Shown piece by piece: positions 37,003 through 49,128 of a stretch of 64,000 nucleotides of DNA. Positions within the stretch are counted from its first letter, which is position 1. Each line of letters opens with the position of its first letter. Below the pieces are notes generated by a model. The model made no database searches. It was given only the letters and a program-made list of their open reading frames with translations, and was not told the origin of the DNA. The stretch is from Torpedo marmorata (Eukaryota): contig OZ360241.1 of the NCBI GenBank assembly GCA_977017645.1, positions 73,594,001 through 73,658,000 on the forward strand, written 5' to 3'. The position numbers were made by a program, and so were the translations under genes.

Positions 37003-38371
37003 TCTTCACTCAGAAACACTGCAGTAAATCAAGGCACCGACTCATCACCCACCTTCTCAAGGGCAATTAGGGATCAGAAATAAATGCTGGCCTCGTAGCA
37101 GATGTCCACATCTATAACTACATTGAACAAAATGCTCAGTATATTCCTCTTCGAAATGAAGTGATTGCGTGGAATAGCTGGAGAGTAAACATGCACTTGC
37201 ATATCACTCACCAGCTCTCACTGATGTTTCAAATTATTTGGATTATTCAGAGTTATTGAGCCTTGTTTTATTGGGGATAGAGAGGGTGAGGGAAGCATCT
37301 TAGCCCAACAAAGCCTGTTCCATCAAAACATACTACAACCATGCCAGTTCTCCAAGCCTTCAACTGATATTTGGAGGCAATTACCTGCACTCAAGCTTAC
37401 CTCAGGCGAATTCCTCCTTAACTTAATCACACATCGTGACAAAAGCCCATAACCGATCAACAAATTGATCTCCTATTGAGGAAAAGCTGTAGTCATCCAG
37501 GTACCTGACAACTTCCTTTGTAGAACACTGCAGTTAGCCCCAGCTCCCACAAGCCTCTGCTTTCAGACAATGATCGAGGATGTTTACATCCATCTGCTTT
37601 CAACTGCTTACAGAAGTGGCCTGTTTCACTGAGCAATAAACTTCATTATTTGAAAATCTCTCTTTCATATCCATGCATTTTGCTGGCTGTGACATGGCCA
37701 CCCATCTCTGGCTTCTCCCATAGCCTCAGAATCCTTTGCTTTACTTGGAGACCAAAACTGTTTACCACTTTAGAGACAGTAACCTTAGCAGCAAATTGCT
37801 GTAACCCTAATGCTGTTGATTGACAGCAGAACACTGGACTAGATGCTACCAGAGGACATTGGTTTAAGGTGCATGGAGGAAAGTTTAGAGGAGACGTCAG
37901 AAGTAGGTTTTCTTTACACTGAGAGTGGTGGGAGCTTGGAATGCTTTGCCAGAGTGGTGGTTGAGGCTGGTACTATGGGGACAGTTAAAAGATTCTTAGA
38001 TAAACGCATAGATGTAAGAAAAATAGAGGGGTATGGACTGCGAGGGAGGGAAGGGATAGATTGATTGTGGAGTTATTTACATAGGTTGGTATAATATTGT
38101 GGGCCAATGGGTCTGAACTGTGCTGTATTGTTCTAAACCAGATAACCTCTTTATATTTATATTATAAATTATCATTATATTATAAAGAGATTTATAATAG
38201 GGATAAGCACGCTTTTAGTGCTGCTGGGAAGGAAACTTTAGTCCTTTGACCATATCATGTGGAAGAACAGGAGTTATATCTGCGTCAGAGTGATGTGTGT
38301 AGGTGTTTGTACAGTGCACTCTATGGTACTGATACTTTCCAGCCATGGTACCTCGTGGATGATGCTTCACT
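36509..38371. repeat. Inverted repeat pair: 36509-36757 and 38179-38371
   Basis: agtgaagcatcatccacgaggtaccatggct...ccctattataaacctctttataat is the reverse complement of attataaagagatttataataggg...agccatggtacctcgtggatgatgcttcact, with scattered mismatches and one ~55-60-nt indel. Confidence 0.9.
37845..38135 (+). mobile_element. CR1 LINE 3' fragment
   Basis: gagagtggtgggagcttggaatgc...gggtctgaactgtgctgtattgttcta. Confidence 0.7.
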
Positions 38372-38493
38372 TTGTTGCTAATGTATGCAAATATTGCCTG
38401 TAGTCAGGCTGGATTCCTTCATCAGTGATAGACCACCGGTAACTATCATGTGTTTGGCCACAGTTACTGTATAATCCAAAAGCATGCAGAAGC

Positions 38494-40575
38494 AATAGAT
38501 ATTCAAAGGATAATATAGCAAGATTAATAAGTTTGATTAATTTACAAAAAAAGAAACAGGATTTGCCGTTAGTGATAGCATTAGATGCAGAAAAAGCATT
38601 TGATAGACTAGAATGGACGTTTTTATTTAAGGTTTTAGAGAAATATGGATTTGGAAATACGTTTATAAATTGGATTAAGACTATATATAAGGAACCTACA
38701 GCCAGAGTAATTACAAATATTCAAATATCATCTAAATTCTCTTTGACACGGTCAACAAGACAAGGATGTCCATTGTCACCTGCTTTATTTGTATTGGCAA
38801 TAGAACCGTTGGCGGAAATGATTAGGAAAGATATTAATATAAATGGGATAAAAGTAGGTGCAGAAGAGCATAAAATTAGTCTGTTTGCAGATGATGTATT
38901 AATATATATGACAAAGTCTATTAAATCACTTCAACAATTAGATAAAATATTGAGGGATTATGGTGAAATATCTGGATATAAAATAAATTCGGATAAAAGT
39001 GAGATAATGGCTTTATCTCAAGGAGACTATACTAAATGTAAAGAAGTTACAAAATTTAAATGGGCTAAAGAAGCTATTAAATATTTGGGAGTTAAAGTGG
39101 ATACAAAGTTAGAAAATTTATATAAATTAAATTACATACCTTTATTTCAGAAAATAAAGAAGGATTTGGATAATTGGAAAGATTTACCCATAACTTTAAT
39201 GGGAAGAGTGAATTGTATTAAAATGAATATTTTTCCAAGAGTTCAATATCTTTTTCAATCTATACCTTTTGGTATTCCTCAAAAATTTTTTAAAGATTTA
39301 AAAATTATTATTAGAAAGTTTCTATGGAAAGGAAAATTGGCAAGAGTAAGTATAGATAAATTAACTTGGGAATACGAAATGGGTGGATTACAACTTCCTA
39401 ATTTTCAATATTATTATAAGGCAGCACAATTAAAATTTATAAATGAACTATTTGATTTAACTAAAAATATGGCTTGGATTAATATAGAATTGAGTAATAT
39501 AGGGGAGAGATATAAAGAAGATATTATTTATAAATGGAATTCTAAATTATTATTGATTAAAAAGAAAAAGTCACCGATTATTAAACATCTATTGGAAATT
39601 TGGAATCAATTAGATAATGAAATAGGACGAAAAGGATCAATTTCTTTAAATATGCCATTATATCAGAATTTATTATTACCATTTTCTATTGATAATCAAT
39701 TTTTAAAATTATGGTATCAAAAAGGAATTAAGAAGATCAAAGATTGTTTTGAGGCAGGAAGATTTGTTACTTTTTCTAGATTGAAAGAAAAATTTGGAAT
39801 AATGGATAATACAATTTTGGCTTATTATCAAGTTAAAGGATTTTTAGTTGAGAAATTAGGGAATCAATTAATATCCCCTAGACAAGATGGGTTAGAGTTA
39901 TTAATTACTAATGGAAATGTTAACAAATTTATATCGCAAATGTATAAATTACTTCAGAAAAAAATGCTTAAAGTAGGACTACATAAATCTAGATTAAATT
40001 GGGAATCAGATCTAAATACTAGTATAGATGAACAACACTGGAAAGAACTATGTAAACTGAGTATGACTAAGATTATTAATGTTAGATATAGATTAGTACA
40101 ATATAATTTTTTTCATCAATTATATATAACACCTAAAAAATTAAAGAAATTCAATCCGGCATTGTCAGATATGTGTTTTAGATGTAAAGATGAAATAGGT
40201 TCTTTTGTACATTGTACATGGTCGTGTTTGAAAATTAAAAATTTTTGGTCTAAAGTCAAGGATTTTTTAGATAGAATTCTTAATATTACGATTCCAATGG
40301 ACCCTATGATATTTCTGTTTGGAGATATTAAAAAAATCAGTATTAGAAATAGATTGAATATGTATCAAATAGAATTTTTACGAATTGTGTTAGCAATTTC
40401 AAAAAAATGTATTGCTATTACTTGGAAATCAGACTTAGATTTAAATTTGGATAGATTACATGCAGAGTTACGCTCGTGTATACCATTGGAAAAAATTACG
40501 TATAATTTACGAGACAAATACCATTTCTTTCTGAAAATTTGGAGCCCATACATGAGAATTATGGGTATGAATTAA
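38494..40575 (+). CDS. L1 ORF2 C-terminal part (reverse transcriptase and CCHC domain), no start codon, uninterrupted
   Basis: Motifs LDAEKAFDR, RQGCPLSP, LFADD, KYLGV, GGLQLPNF and CFRC...HCTWSC; frame is open from the truncation point at 38494. Confidence 0.9.
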   Translation, partial: NRYSKDNIARLISLINLQKKKQDLPLVIALDAEKAFDRLEWTFLFKVLEKYGFGNTFINWIKTIYKEPTARVITNIQISSKFSLTRSTRQGCPLSPALFVLAIEPLAEMIRKDININGIKVGAEEHKISLFADDVLIYMTKSIKSLQQLDKILRDYGEISGYKINSDKSEIMALSQGDYTKCKEVTKFKWAKEAIKYLGVKVDTKLENLYKLNYIPLFQKIKKDLDNWKDLPITLMGRVNCIKMNIFPRVQYLFQSIPFGIPQKFFKDLKIIIRKFLWKGKLARVSIDKLTWEYEMGGLQLPNFQYYYKAAQLKFINELFDLTKNMAWINIELSNIGERYKEDIIYKWNSKLLLIKKKKSPIIKHLLEIWNQLDNEIGRKGSISLNMPLYQNLLLPFSIDNQFLKLWYQKGIKKIKDCFEAGRFVTFSRLKEKFGIMDNTILAYYQVKGFLVEKLGNQLISPRQDGLELLITNGNVNKFISQMYKLLQKKMLKVGLHKSRLNWESDLNTSIDEQHWKELCKLSMTKIINVRYRLVQYNFFHQLYITPKKLKKFNPALSDMCFRCKDEIGSFVHCTWSCLKIKNFWSKVKDFLDRILNITIPMDPMIFLFGDIKKISIRNRLNMYQIEFLRIVLAISKKCIAITWKSDLDLNLDRLHAELRSCIPLEKITYNLRDKYHFFLKIWSPYMRIMGMN

Positions 40576-40891
40576 TTCTCTAGAAGTTAGTACCGCTGAC
40601 AAAAGTAACCTCCAATATACAAGTAGAGTTAGCTTGAAATAGTTTTCTCCTCACACTAACACTAACTTTCTTAACTTTATTATTCAATCTATTTCTTTTC
40701 TTTTAACTAACATTTTTATATTCTTTTTTTTCTTTTTTTTTTCTTTATTAGATAGCGTGGGAGGGTTGGGGAGGGGAGGGTGGGAAGGGGGTGTGGTAAT
40801 GTATCACATGTATTTTGAATAATACACTATTTTTTTGATATATGTATTTTGTGATTTTAAAAAATTAAATAAAATTATAAAAAAAAAAAAA
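38494..40891 (+). mobile_element. 5'-truncated L1-clade LINE with poly(A) tail and 16-bp TSD
   Basis: TSD aaaagcatgcagaagc at 38478-38493 and 40892-40907; aataaa and poly(A) at ~40868-40895; AT-rich coding body. Confidence 0.95.
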
Positions 40892-41467
40892 AAAAGCATG
40901 CAGAAGCTCCAACATAATCCATATTTACATTTGCTTTCCTAATGAGCAGAGTTGTTGAATCAAGTCCCGTTCCCACATTCCTCGAACCCCTGGAAACACG
41001 AGAGACCTGCAAAAGCTGTAATCTGGAGCAAAAATCTGTGGAGGCAAAGGGATGGTCGGCAATTTGGGTCGAGACCCTGCGTCAGGCCAATTATCCCCTT
41101 TTCTTTCATCTAATCCTGAATGATCTAATCTTGAGGGTTGCCATTTTTTTTCCTCTGTAAGGGAATTCCACAATGTTTTTGCTTCCCTGCAGCTTTAATG
41201 TGTTTTCCATTGTGTGTTAACATGTACTACATCCTGCACTCTACCGAGGTCCAACAATGGTTTCATGCATGCTCATCGTTACGTGCTATCTTTGTTATTC
41301 TGTGTATTTTGTCAGCAAGCCTAGAATTTGTTTATTTTCCTTTCTTAAGGATTTTTCAAAGGAGAGACTGTCTTTAATATCCACGTCCCTATCCCTGACC
41401 CTCCACACCTCCTTATTAGTCCCTTCCTTAGGAGGTTGAGGAGGGCAAGGCTACCGGCCCCCATCAT

Positions 41468-42095
41468 TTTACAGGAGCACCATTGAGAGTGTCCTGTCCA
41501 GCTGCATCATTGTGTGGTGTGGTAGCTGCATCATTGTGTGGTGTGGTAGCTGCATCATTGTGTGGTGTGGTAGCTGCATCATTGTGTGGTGTGGTAGCTG
41601 CATCATTGTGTGGTGTGGTAGCTGCATCATTGTGTGGTGTGGTAGCTGCATCATTGTGTGGTGTGGTAGCTGCAAAGCATTGGATGGGAAATCAATATGG
41701 AGGATCATCAAAATAGCCCAGAAGTCCACTGGGTCCTCTATTGACATTTACCAGGAGTGTTGCTTACATAGGGCTCAAAGAATTATTGAGGACCCTTTCC
41801 ATCCAGCACACAGTATCTTTGGCCCACTGCCATCAAGAAGGAGGTACAGGAGCATCAAAATCAGGACTGCCAGGCTGGGAAATAGTTTCTTCCCACAGGC
41901 TGTGAGATTGATGAAGAGTATCCTATAACTGAATAAATCATCACAAAATATTTGTATACATTCATTTTAAATTATATCTTTATGTTTATATATGCTTCTA
42001 TGTGCTGTGTATTGTGTGTGTTTGTGTGTGCACTGTGGTCCGGAGAAATGCTGCTTCATCTGGCTGTATATGTACAGTCAGATGGTTATAAACTA
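41468..42095 (+). mobile_element. Rex1/Babar-type LINE 3' fragment
   Basis: 'YRSTIESVLSSCII...IEDPFHPAHSIFGPLPSRRRYRSIKIRTARLGNSFFPQAVRLM' is homologous to the C-terminus of the long element at 47926-51630. Confidence 0.85.
41500..41674. repeat. Perfect 24-bp tandem repeat x7.3 (agctgcatcattgtgtggtgtggt)
   Basis: Seven identical units plus a final agctgca. Confidence 0.95.
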
Positions 42096-42405
42096 CCAAT
42101 TGGTCAGGTCCAGAAAGAACCAAAAAGTAAATGAATCAACTCCTTCAGGAGAAATAAGGAGAAAATTGTCACCAGATGTCTTTATTATCTACAGTTCCAG
42201 CTGTCAAACACTGACCATTTTAGCAACGTGCTGTGGTACAGTATTCTCAAGATCACTCCTAAACATTTGTAAATATGAACATTTATTTTGCATTTATTTT
42301 TGTCTTCAAGAGAATGAAGATTGTTCTTCTTTTCCTCAACGTGTTCTCATTCTCAATAATGTTATGTGTCCTGATTTGTACTGTGGCTTTGTAGGCATTC
42401 AAGTA

Positions 42406-42471
42406 GACTACAGCTTGTCCACTCCTGAAGATAATGCCGACTACAGCTTGTCCACTCCTGAAGATGATGCC
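42406..42471. repeat. 33-bp tandem duplication
   Basis: gactacagcttgtccactcctgaagat(a/g)atgcc occurs twice. Confidence 0.85.
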
Positions 42472-42543
42472 GATGTTTCAAGTGGCCTTCTAAGTGCATT
42501 GATAAATAGGCTTATGCAAATCTTGTCCTTAACGCGCCAAATA

Positions 42544-43240
42544 GATTTCAGATTTATTGTCAGAGTACACACATGACATCACATACAACCCTGTGATTCT
42601 TTTTCTGCGGGCGAGACAGAATTACACTTATTGGTAGTGCAAAAAAAAACTGTACACAATGTACACATGTAAGCAAATAAAGAAATGTAAACAACTGACT
42701 GTGCAATACAGAGAGGAGAAAAAAAACAAATAAAGTGCAAAAGTAAGAGTCCTTAAATGAGTCCCTGATTGAGTTTGTCATTGAGGAGTCTGATGGTGGA
42801 GGGGTAGCAGCTGTTCCTGAACCTGGTTGTGAGAGTCTTGTGGCACCTATACCCCTTTCCTGATGGCAGCAGCGAGAACAGAGCGTGAGCTGGGTGGTGT
42901 GGATCCTTGATGATCGCTGCTGTTCTCCGACGGCAGTGTTCCCTGTAGTTGTTCACGATGGTGGGGAGGGTATTGCCTGTGATGTCCTGGGCTCAGTCCA
43001 CTAACTTTTGCAGGGCTTTACACTCAGGGGTATTGGTGTCCCCATATCAGACCGTGATGCAGCCGGTCTGCAGACTTTCCACCACACATCTGAAGAAATT
43101 TGCCAGGGTTTCTGGTGTCATACCAAACCTCTGCAAACTCCTGAGGAAGTAAAGGCGCTGAAATGCTTTCTTCACGATGCCATTAGTGTGTTGGGTCCAG
43201 AAAAGATCCTCCGAGATAGTGACTCCCAAGAACTTAAATA
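42544..43240 (-). mobile_element. Rex1/Babar-type LINE, 5'-truncated
   Basis: Minus ORFs 'GVTISEDLFWTQHTNGIVKKAFQRLYFLRSLQRF' and 'IIKDPHHPAHALFSLLPSGKGYR'; tail aataaatctgaaatct. Confidence 0.85.
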
Positions 43241-44349
43241 AATAAGGACTACACTTGATTTTAGTCTAATGGGGAAACGTTCTTTCTGGAATAAATCATA
43301 TTTATTTCTCATCTGATATAGGAAACCATTTGGCCTGTCAATCCATGCTAACCCTCTGAGCAACTCCATCACTCCCAATCCTTTTCCAATCTATTTCCCT
43401 GTGATCTAATCTTTCTCTCACATACCCATCAATGACCACGTATAACACATGGTGAGCAATCCTTGATGGATTTCTGTCAGTTTCTTGACGTTCGAGCTTC
43501 CTACTAAGAGTCCAGGATCTATTTCCACCCAGCCTCCTCCAGAGACAGTGGGCCATCGCTGCTGAAACACCGTTGCCCGCACTTTAATTAGTTTCTTGGC
43601 CCTGACTCCAGTGCAGGGCCTGATGCTGCCGGCTCTCTATCCACACAACAGAGTTCGCAGCAGTCGAAAACAAGTTTAATTCATCACGTTCAGAGAGGGG
43701 AGCGCAGGATGAAGGCATGATGAATGAATGCTGTACGACCTGTGAAAACGGCACTGTCAAAGCAAGAGAACAAATGGTTTCTGGTATGGGCACGCTTAAA
43801 ATAGAGAGATGCTGATGTTAATGCCGCAAAGAGATGCAGGTAAAGGTTGCATTCTCTCATTCATTCACATTTTTGCTTCATTCAGGCTTTGTCTCGCTGG
43901 CAGAGTTCCTTAGAGCAAGGACTACAATGCTCTCTCCACCTCTGGTGCACAGAGCTTCTCTCTGCCCAACCATCTGTGTTAACCAAGTACTTAGTAATTT
44001 CAGATGTTTGCCACTGTGAGCCTAGATCCTGAGGCTCAGAAGCAAGTCTGTAGTCATATGCTACACACATTCATTGTCTCGTTGGCAGTCAAAGGGTTTA
44101 AGATGTCTGAAGCCATTGTGACTTGCGGGGGCACACACACACACACACACACACACTTACACAAGCAGGGAACCTGATGAACCATTTCGGTTGCAGTGTG
44201 AAGGGCCAGAGTTCATCCGCTCTTCCGTTTGCTGATCAGCTATGAATTCTATCTCACTTGTTTCTGGATTCTGACTGCTCCTCCAAAGCCTTTCTCTCTC
44301 TTATTTTCCAGGCCTCTTACTATTAAGGTCCTTTTTTACTGGTGGGTAA

Positions 44350-44549
44350 NNNNNNNNNNNNNNNNNNNNNNNNNNNNNNNNNNNNNNNNNNNNNNNNNNN
44401 NNNNNNNNNNNNNNNNNNNNNNNNNNNNNNNNNNNNNNNNNNNNNNNNNNNNNNNNNNNNNNNNNNNNNNNNNNNNNNNNNNNNNNNNNNNNNNNNNNNN
44501 NNNNNNNNNNNNNNNNNNNNNNNNNNNNNNNNNNNNNNNNNNNNNNNNN
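44350..44549. other. Assembly gap (200 N)
   Basis: Run of N. Confidence 1.
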
Positions 44550-44721
44550 CTCTCCATTTTGGACTCCAACTCCAAAAGACTCCATCTCAGCCGACTAACT
44601 ATGACATTACTCCTCACAAGCTGCTTCTGGTAAGCCCCCAGAACATTCAACATTAACTGCTTGTTCTTGCTGACCTGATATTTACACCATGTGCAGTGCA
44701 CCAAATTCACAAAATATCCAA

Positions 44722-46033
44722 GCACTGATTAGGAGTAGTCAACACGGTTTTGTTCGTGGTAGATCATGTTTGACAAATCTCATAGAGTTTTTCGATGAGA
44801 TTACTAAGAGGGTTGACGAGGGGAAGGCTGTGGATGTTGTCTATATGGACTTTAGTAAGGCATTTGACAAGGTTCCGCATAAGAGGCTCATTAGGAAGGT
44901 TCAAGCATTAGGTATTAACGACAAAGTAGTGAAATGGATTCAACAATGGTTGGATAGGAGATGCCAGAGAGTAGTGGTGGAAAATTGTTTGTCAAATTGG
45001 AGGCCGGTGACTAGTGGAGTGCCTCAGGGATCGGTACTGGGTCCATTGTTGTTTGTCATATATATTAATGATCTAGATGATAGGGTGGTAAATTGGATTA
45101 GTAAGTATGCAGATGATATGAAGATTGGTGGTGTTGTGGACAGTGAAGAAGGATATCAAAGCTTGCAAGGGGATTTTGGACAGTTAGAAGAGTGGGCGGA
45201 AACATGGCAGATGGAATTTAATACTGATAAATGTGAGGTGCTACATTTTGGTAGGATTAATCAGCAAAGGTCATACATGTTAAATGGAAGACAATTGAGA
45301 AGTACAGTAGAACAGAGGGATTTAGGAATTCTGGTACATAATTCCCTGAAAGTTGAGTCACACGTAGATAGGGTGGTGAAGAAGGCATTTGGTATGTTGG
45401 CCTTCATAAATCAGAGTATTGAATATAGGAGTTGGGATGTCATGTTGAAGTTGTATAAGGCATTGGTGAGGCCAAATTTGGAATATTGTGTGCAGTTTTG
45501 GTCGCCGAATTACAGGAAGGATATAAACAGAATAGAGAGAGTGCAGAAGAGATTTACAAGAATGTTGCCTGGGTTTCTGGGTTTGAGTTATAGGGAAAGG
45601 TTGAACAGGCTGGGACTTTATTCCCTGGAGCGTAGAAGTTTGAGGGGTGATTTGATAGAGGTATTTAAAATTATGAAGGGGAAAGATAGAGTCAATGTGG
45701 ACAGGCTTTTTCCATAGAGAGAGGGGAAGATTCAAACAAGAGGGCATGGATTGAGATTGAAGGGGGAAAAGTATAGAGGAAACATGAGGGGGAATTTCTT
45801 CACTCAGAGGGTGGTAGGAGGGTGGAACGAGCTTCCGGCCGAAGTGGTAGATGCAGGTTCAATTTTAATGTTTAAGGAAAAGTTGGATAGGTATATGGAC
45901 GAGAGAGGTGTGGAGGGTTATGGGCCGGGTGCGGGTCAGTGGGACTAGGTGGGTGAATGTGTTCGGCATGGACTCGATGGGCCGAACTGGCCTGTTTCTG
46001 TGCTGTAAATGTTATATGGTTATATGGTTATAT
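44722..46033 (+). mobile_element. Young 5'-truncated CR1 LINE (RT domain to 3' tail)
   Basis: QHGFVRGRSCLTNL, DFSKAFDKVPH, GVPQGSVLGPLLF, YADD; one premature TAG at 45715-45717 where the copy at ~5381 has TTG; (TATATGGT)n tail. Confidence 0.93.
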
Positions 46034-46079
46034 CCCCAAACATTTTCTTTGCACGTGTGTGTCAGTTAATGAGGTACAT

Positions 46080-47057
46080 GGGGAGCTTTAAAACAAGGAC
46101 TTCATAAATCTAGACAAAGATGGGAACAAGATCTTAATGTTATAATTAATGAAAAAAGATGGTCAGATTTATGTCAAGATAGTATGACCAATACTATTAA
46201 TGTAAGATATAGATTAGTACAGTATAATTTTTTACATCAACTATATCTTACACCACAAAAATTGAATAAGATAAAATCTACATTATCAAATAAGTGTTTT
46301 AGATGTGGTGAAGAGGAGGGAACTTTTTTACATTCAACATGGTTATGCCCTAAAGTAAAACATTTTTGGATAGAGTTAGGGAATCTGTTAAAACAAATTA
46401 CAGGTGTTACATTTCCACAGAATCCTGAATTATTTTTATGAGGGAATGTGGAAGGAACTAGACCAAAGTTGAAGTTATCAACATGTCAATTGAAATTTGT
46501 AAAAATTGCTTTAGCAGTAGCAAGGAAGTGTATAGCAGTAACTTGGAAATCAGATGCAAATTTAAGCATGGATAGATGGAATATAGAGATGCGGAGCTGT
46601 ATTCCATTGGAAAAAATAACATATAACATGAGAAATAAATATGGGATATTTTTGCAAATTTGGCGTCCATATATCCAATCATTAGGTATGAATATTTAAA
46701 TGTGTTGCTCTACATCCTGGACCCTGCTGACTCTCTCAAATTTAAAGAATAAATATTGTTGAATGCCACGCGTCGAGTCGTGGACCCAGCAGCGATCCAT
46801 GCAGATGTTTTTTTAATAAGTAATACCAATGCCTTCCTTTCTGTTTTTTTCTTTTAGTTTTTAGTAAGGGGAGGGAATTAAAGGGAGGGGAAGGGTGGTG
46901 GGTGGGGTAGCAACATTATAGAGGGTGGGTTAAGGGATGGGTTAGATACACTGTAATACAAATTATGTTTTTTATTTACTGGAATTAATGATGTATATTA
47001 TGTATGTTGTACTACTGTGAGAAAATTCAAAATTTAAAATAAAATATTTTTAAAAAA
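46080..47057 (+). mobile_element. 5'-truncated L1-clade LINE, second subfamily, with 16-bp TSD
   Basis: TSD agttaatgaggtacat at 46064-46079 and 47058-47073; CFRC...HSTWLC and CIPLEKITYN motifs; internal stop at 46439-46441; A-rich tail. Confidence 0.92.
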
Positions 47058-48258
47058 AGTTAATGAGGTACATTTCATTTTATGCACACCTCATTCATGC
47101 AGCAGGCTTTACAGTTATAAATAAATGAACTTGTTCTCAAAAGCAGAAATGTGTACTTAAGCTTTCTGTCCCACACCTATTTACCTCTGCTTTAAAAAAT
47201 AATGTTGTTGCTGCCTGTTCTGGTGACTGAGAGAGGGAGCTTGGCTCAGAGTGAAATGGAACCGAGATCTGTGATGGCTCCTCAAAGGTCAAGTTTAAAG
47301 TCCTCATCTTTATCTTCAACAGATAATCTTCCCTTCTTTTACTTTCTCCTGTTCTCTAACTCAGGTCTCCTGAACGTTGCCCACAGCTCCATTTTTGGAA
47401 TAATTGGCCGCTATAAGTTACCCGTTGAGTCAGTGAGTGGCAGGAGAATTGAGGGTATGATTGGCATATGAGTGAGACTGGGTTACAAGGACATAAGTGG
47501 GAGCATGGGATTGCTTTGAGAGATGACAAAGGCTGAATGGTCCAAATGGCATACATGTTACAGGGAAATATGAGATATATATCATATATCATGCTTTACC
47601 CCAATGCCCCAAGTGATCCTGACTCTACACACCACTAAAACCACTCTCAAACCTCATGCCATTCTGGTCAATGGCTTGGCCTACAATATGTTTCTCCTCA
47701 ATGGAAGCCTTTGAAAAATGTCCCTACATTAAAGACATCCTATAGAAGTTCAAATGTCTATTCACTAAATATCCCACGAAGAGCTGTAAATCGGGAATTG
47801 GAAAGGAGGGAGGAATACAGGAAAATTGCAACCACGAAGCAAGTGGCCCTGAGCAAATCACTGCACGTGTAGGCTGACAAATCTCCGAGTCCTGATGAGA
47901 TTCATCCATGGGCTTTAAAGCTAGTTCAGAATCAGAATCAGAATTTATTGTCATGAACAAGTCATGAAATTCGGTGTTTTGCAGCAGCATCATAGTGCAA
48001 ATAACATTCATATTAACCACCTTACGACATTACTATAAAAAATTATAAACAATAGTGCACGAAAAGTAAGGCAGTGTCTTTGGTTCATTGATTATTCAGG
48101 AATCTGATGGCAGCGGGGAAGAAGCTGTCCTTGTGCAGTTGAGTGCTCGTCTTTAGGCTCCTGTACCTTTTTCCCGGTGGAAGCAGAGTGAAGAGGGCAT
48201 GGCCTGGGTGGTGGGGGTCTTTGAGGATAGAGGCTGCTTTTTTAAGACACCGCCTCAT

Positions 48259-49128
48259 TATTAGTGTAGACGAACAACATTGGAAAGAACTATGTAAATT
48301 GAGTATGACTAAAATTATTAATGTTAGATATAGATTAGTACAATATAACTTTTTTCATCAATTATATATAACACCTAAAAAATTAAAGAAATTTAATCCG
48401 GCATTATCAGATATGTGTTTTAGGTGTAAAGATGAAATAGGTTCTTTTGTACACTGTACATGGTCATGTTTAAAAATTCAAAATTTTTGGTCTAAAGTTA
48501 AGGATTTTTTAGATAGAATTTTTAATATTACGATTCCAATGGACCCTTTGATATTTCTATTTGGAGATATTAAAAAAATTAGTATTAGAAATAGATTGAA
48601 TATGTATCAAATAGAATTTTTACGAATTGTGTTAGCGATTTCAAAAAAATGTATTGCTATTACTTGGAAATCAGATTTAGATTTGAATTTGGATAGATTA
48701 CATGCAGAGTTACGCTCGTGTATACCATTGGAAAAAATTACGTATAATCTACGAGATAAATACCATTTCTTTTTGAAAATTTGGAGCCCATATATGAGAA
48801 TTATGGGTATGAATTAATTCTCTAAAAGTTAGTAACGCTGACAAAAGTAACCTCCAATACATAAGTAGAGTTAGCTTGTAATGGTTTTCTCCTCATACTA
48901 ACTCTCATAACTTTATTATTCATTCTATTCTTTTTTCTTTTAACTAATACTTTTTTTTTTTTTTCATATTTTTCTTTTTCTTTTATTAGAATAGTGTGGG
49001 AGGGTTGGGGAGGGGAGGGTGGGGGGGGGGAGGTAATATATCACATGTATTTTGAATAATATACTATTTTTGATCTATGTATTTTGTGATTTTAAAAATT
49101 AAATAAAATATTTAAAAAAAAAAAAAAA
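48259..49128 (+). mobile_element. 5'-truncated L1 (same family as 38494-40891) with 15-bp TSD
   Basis: TSD aagacaccgcctcat at 48244-48258 and 49129-49143, preceded by a T-run (TT|AA-type site); ORF2 C-terminus, G-rich 3' UTR and poly(A). Confidence 0.95.

Noticed and set aside
48143-48817. 224-aa ORF as an independent gene
   Set aside because: It is a chance fusion of antisense Rex sequence with the truncated L1 ORF2 across the insertion junction at 48258/48259.
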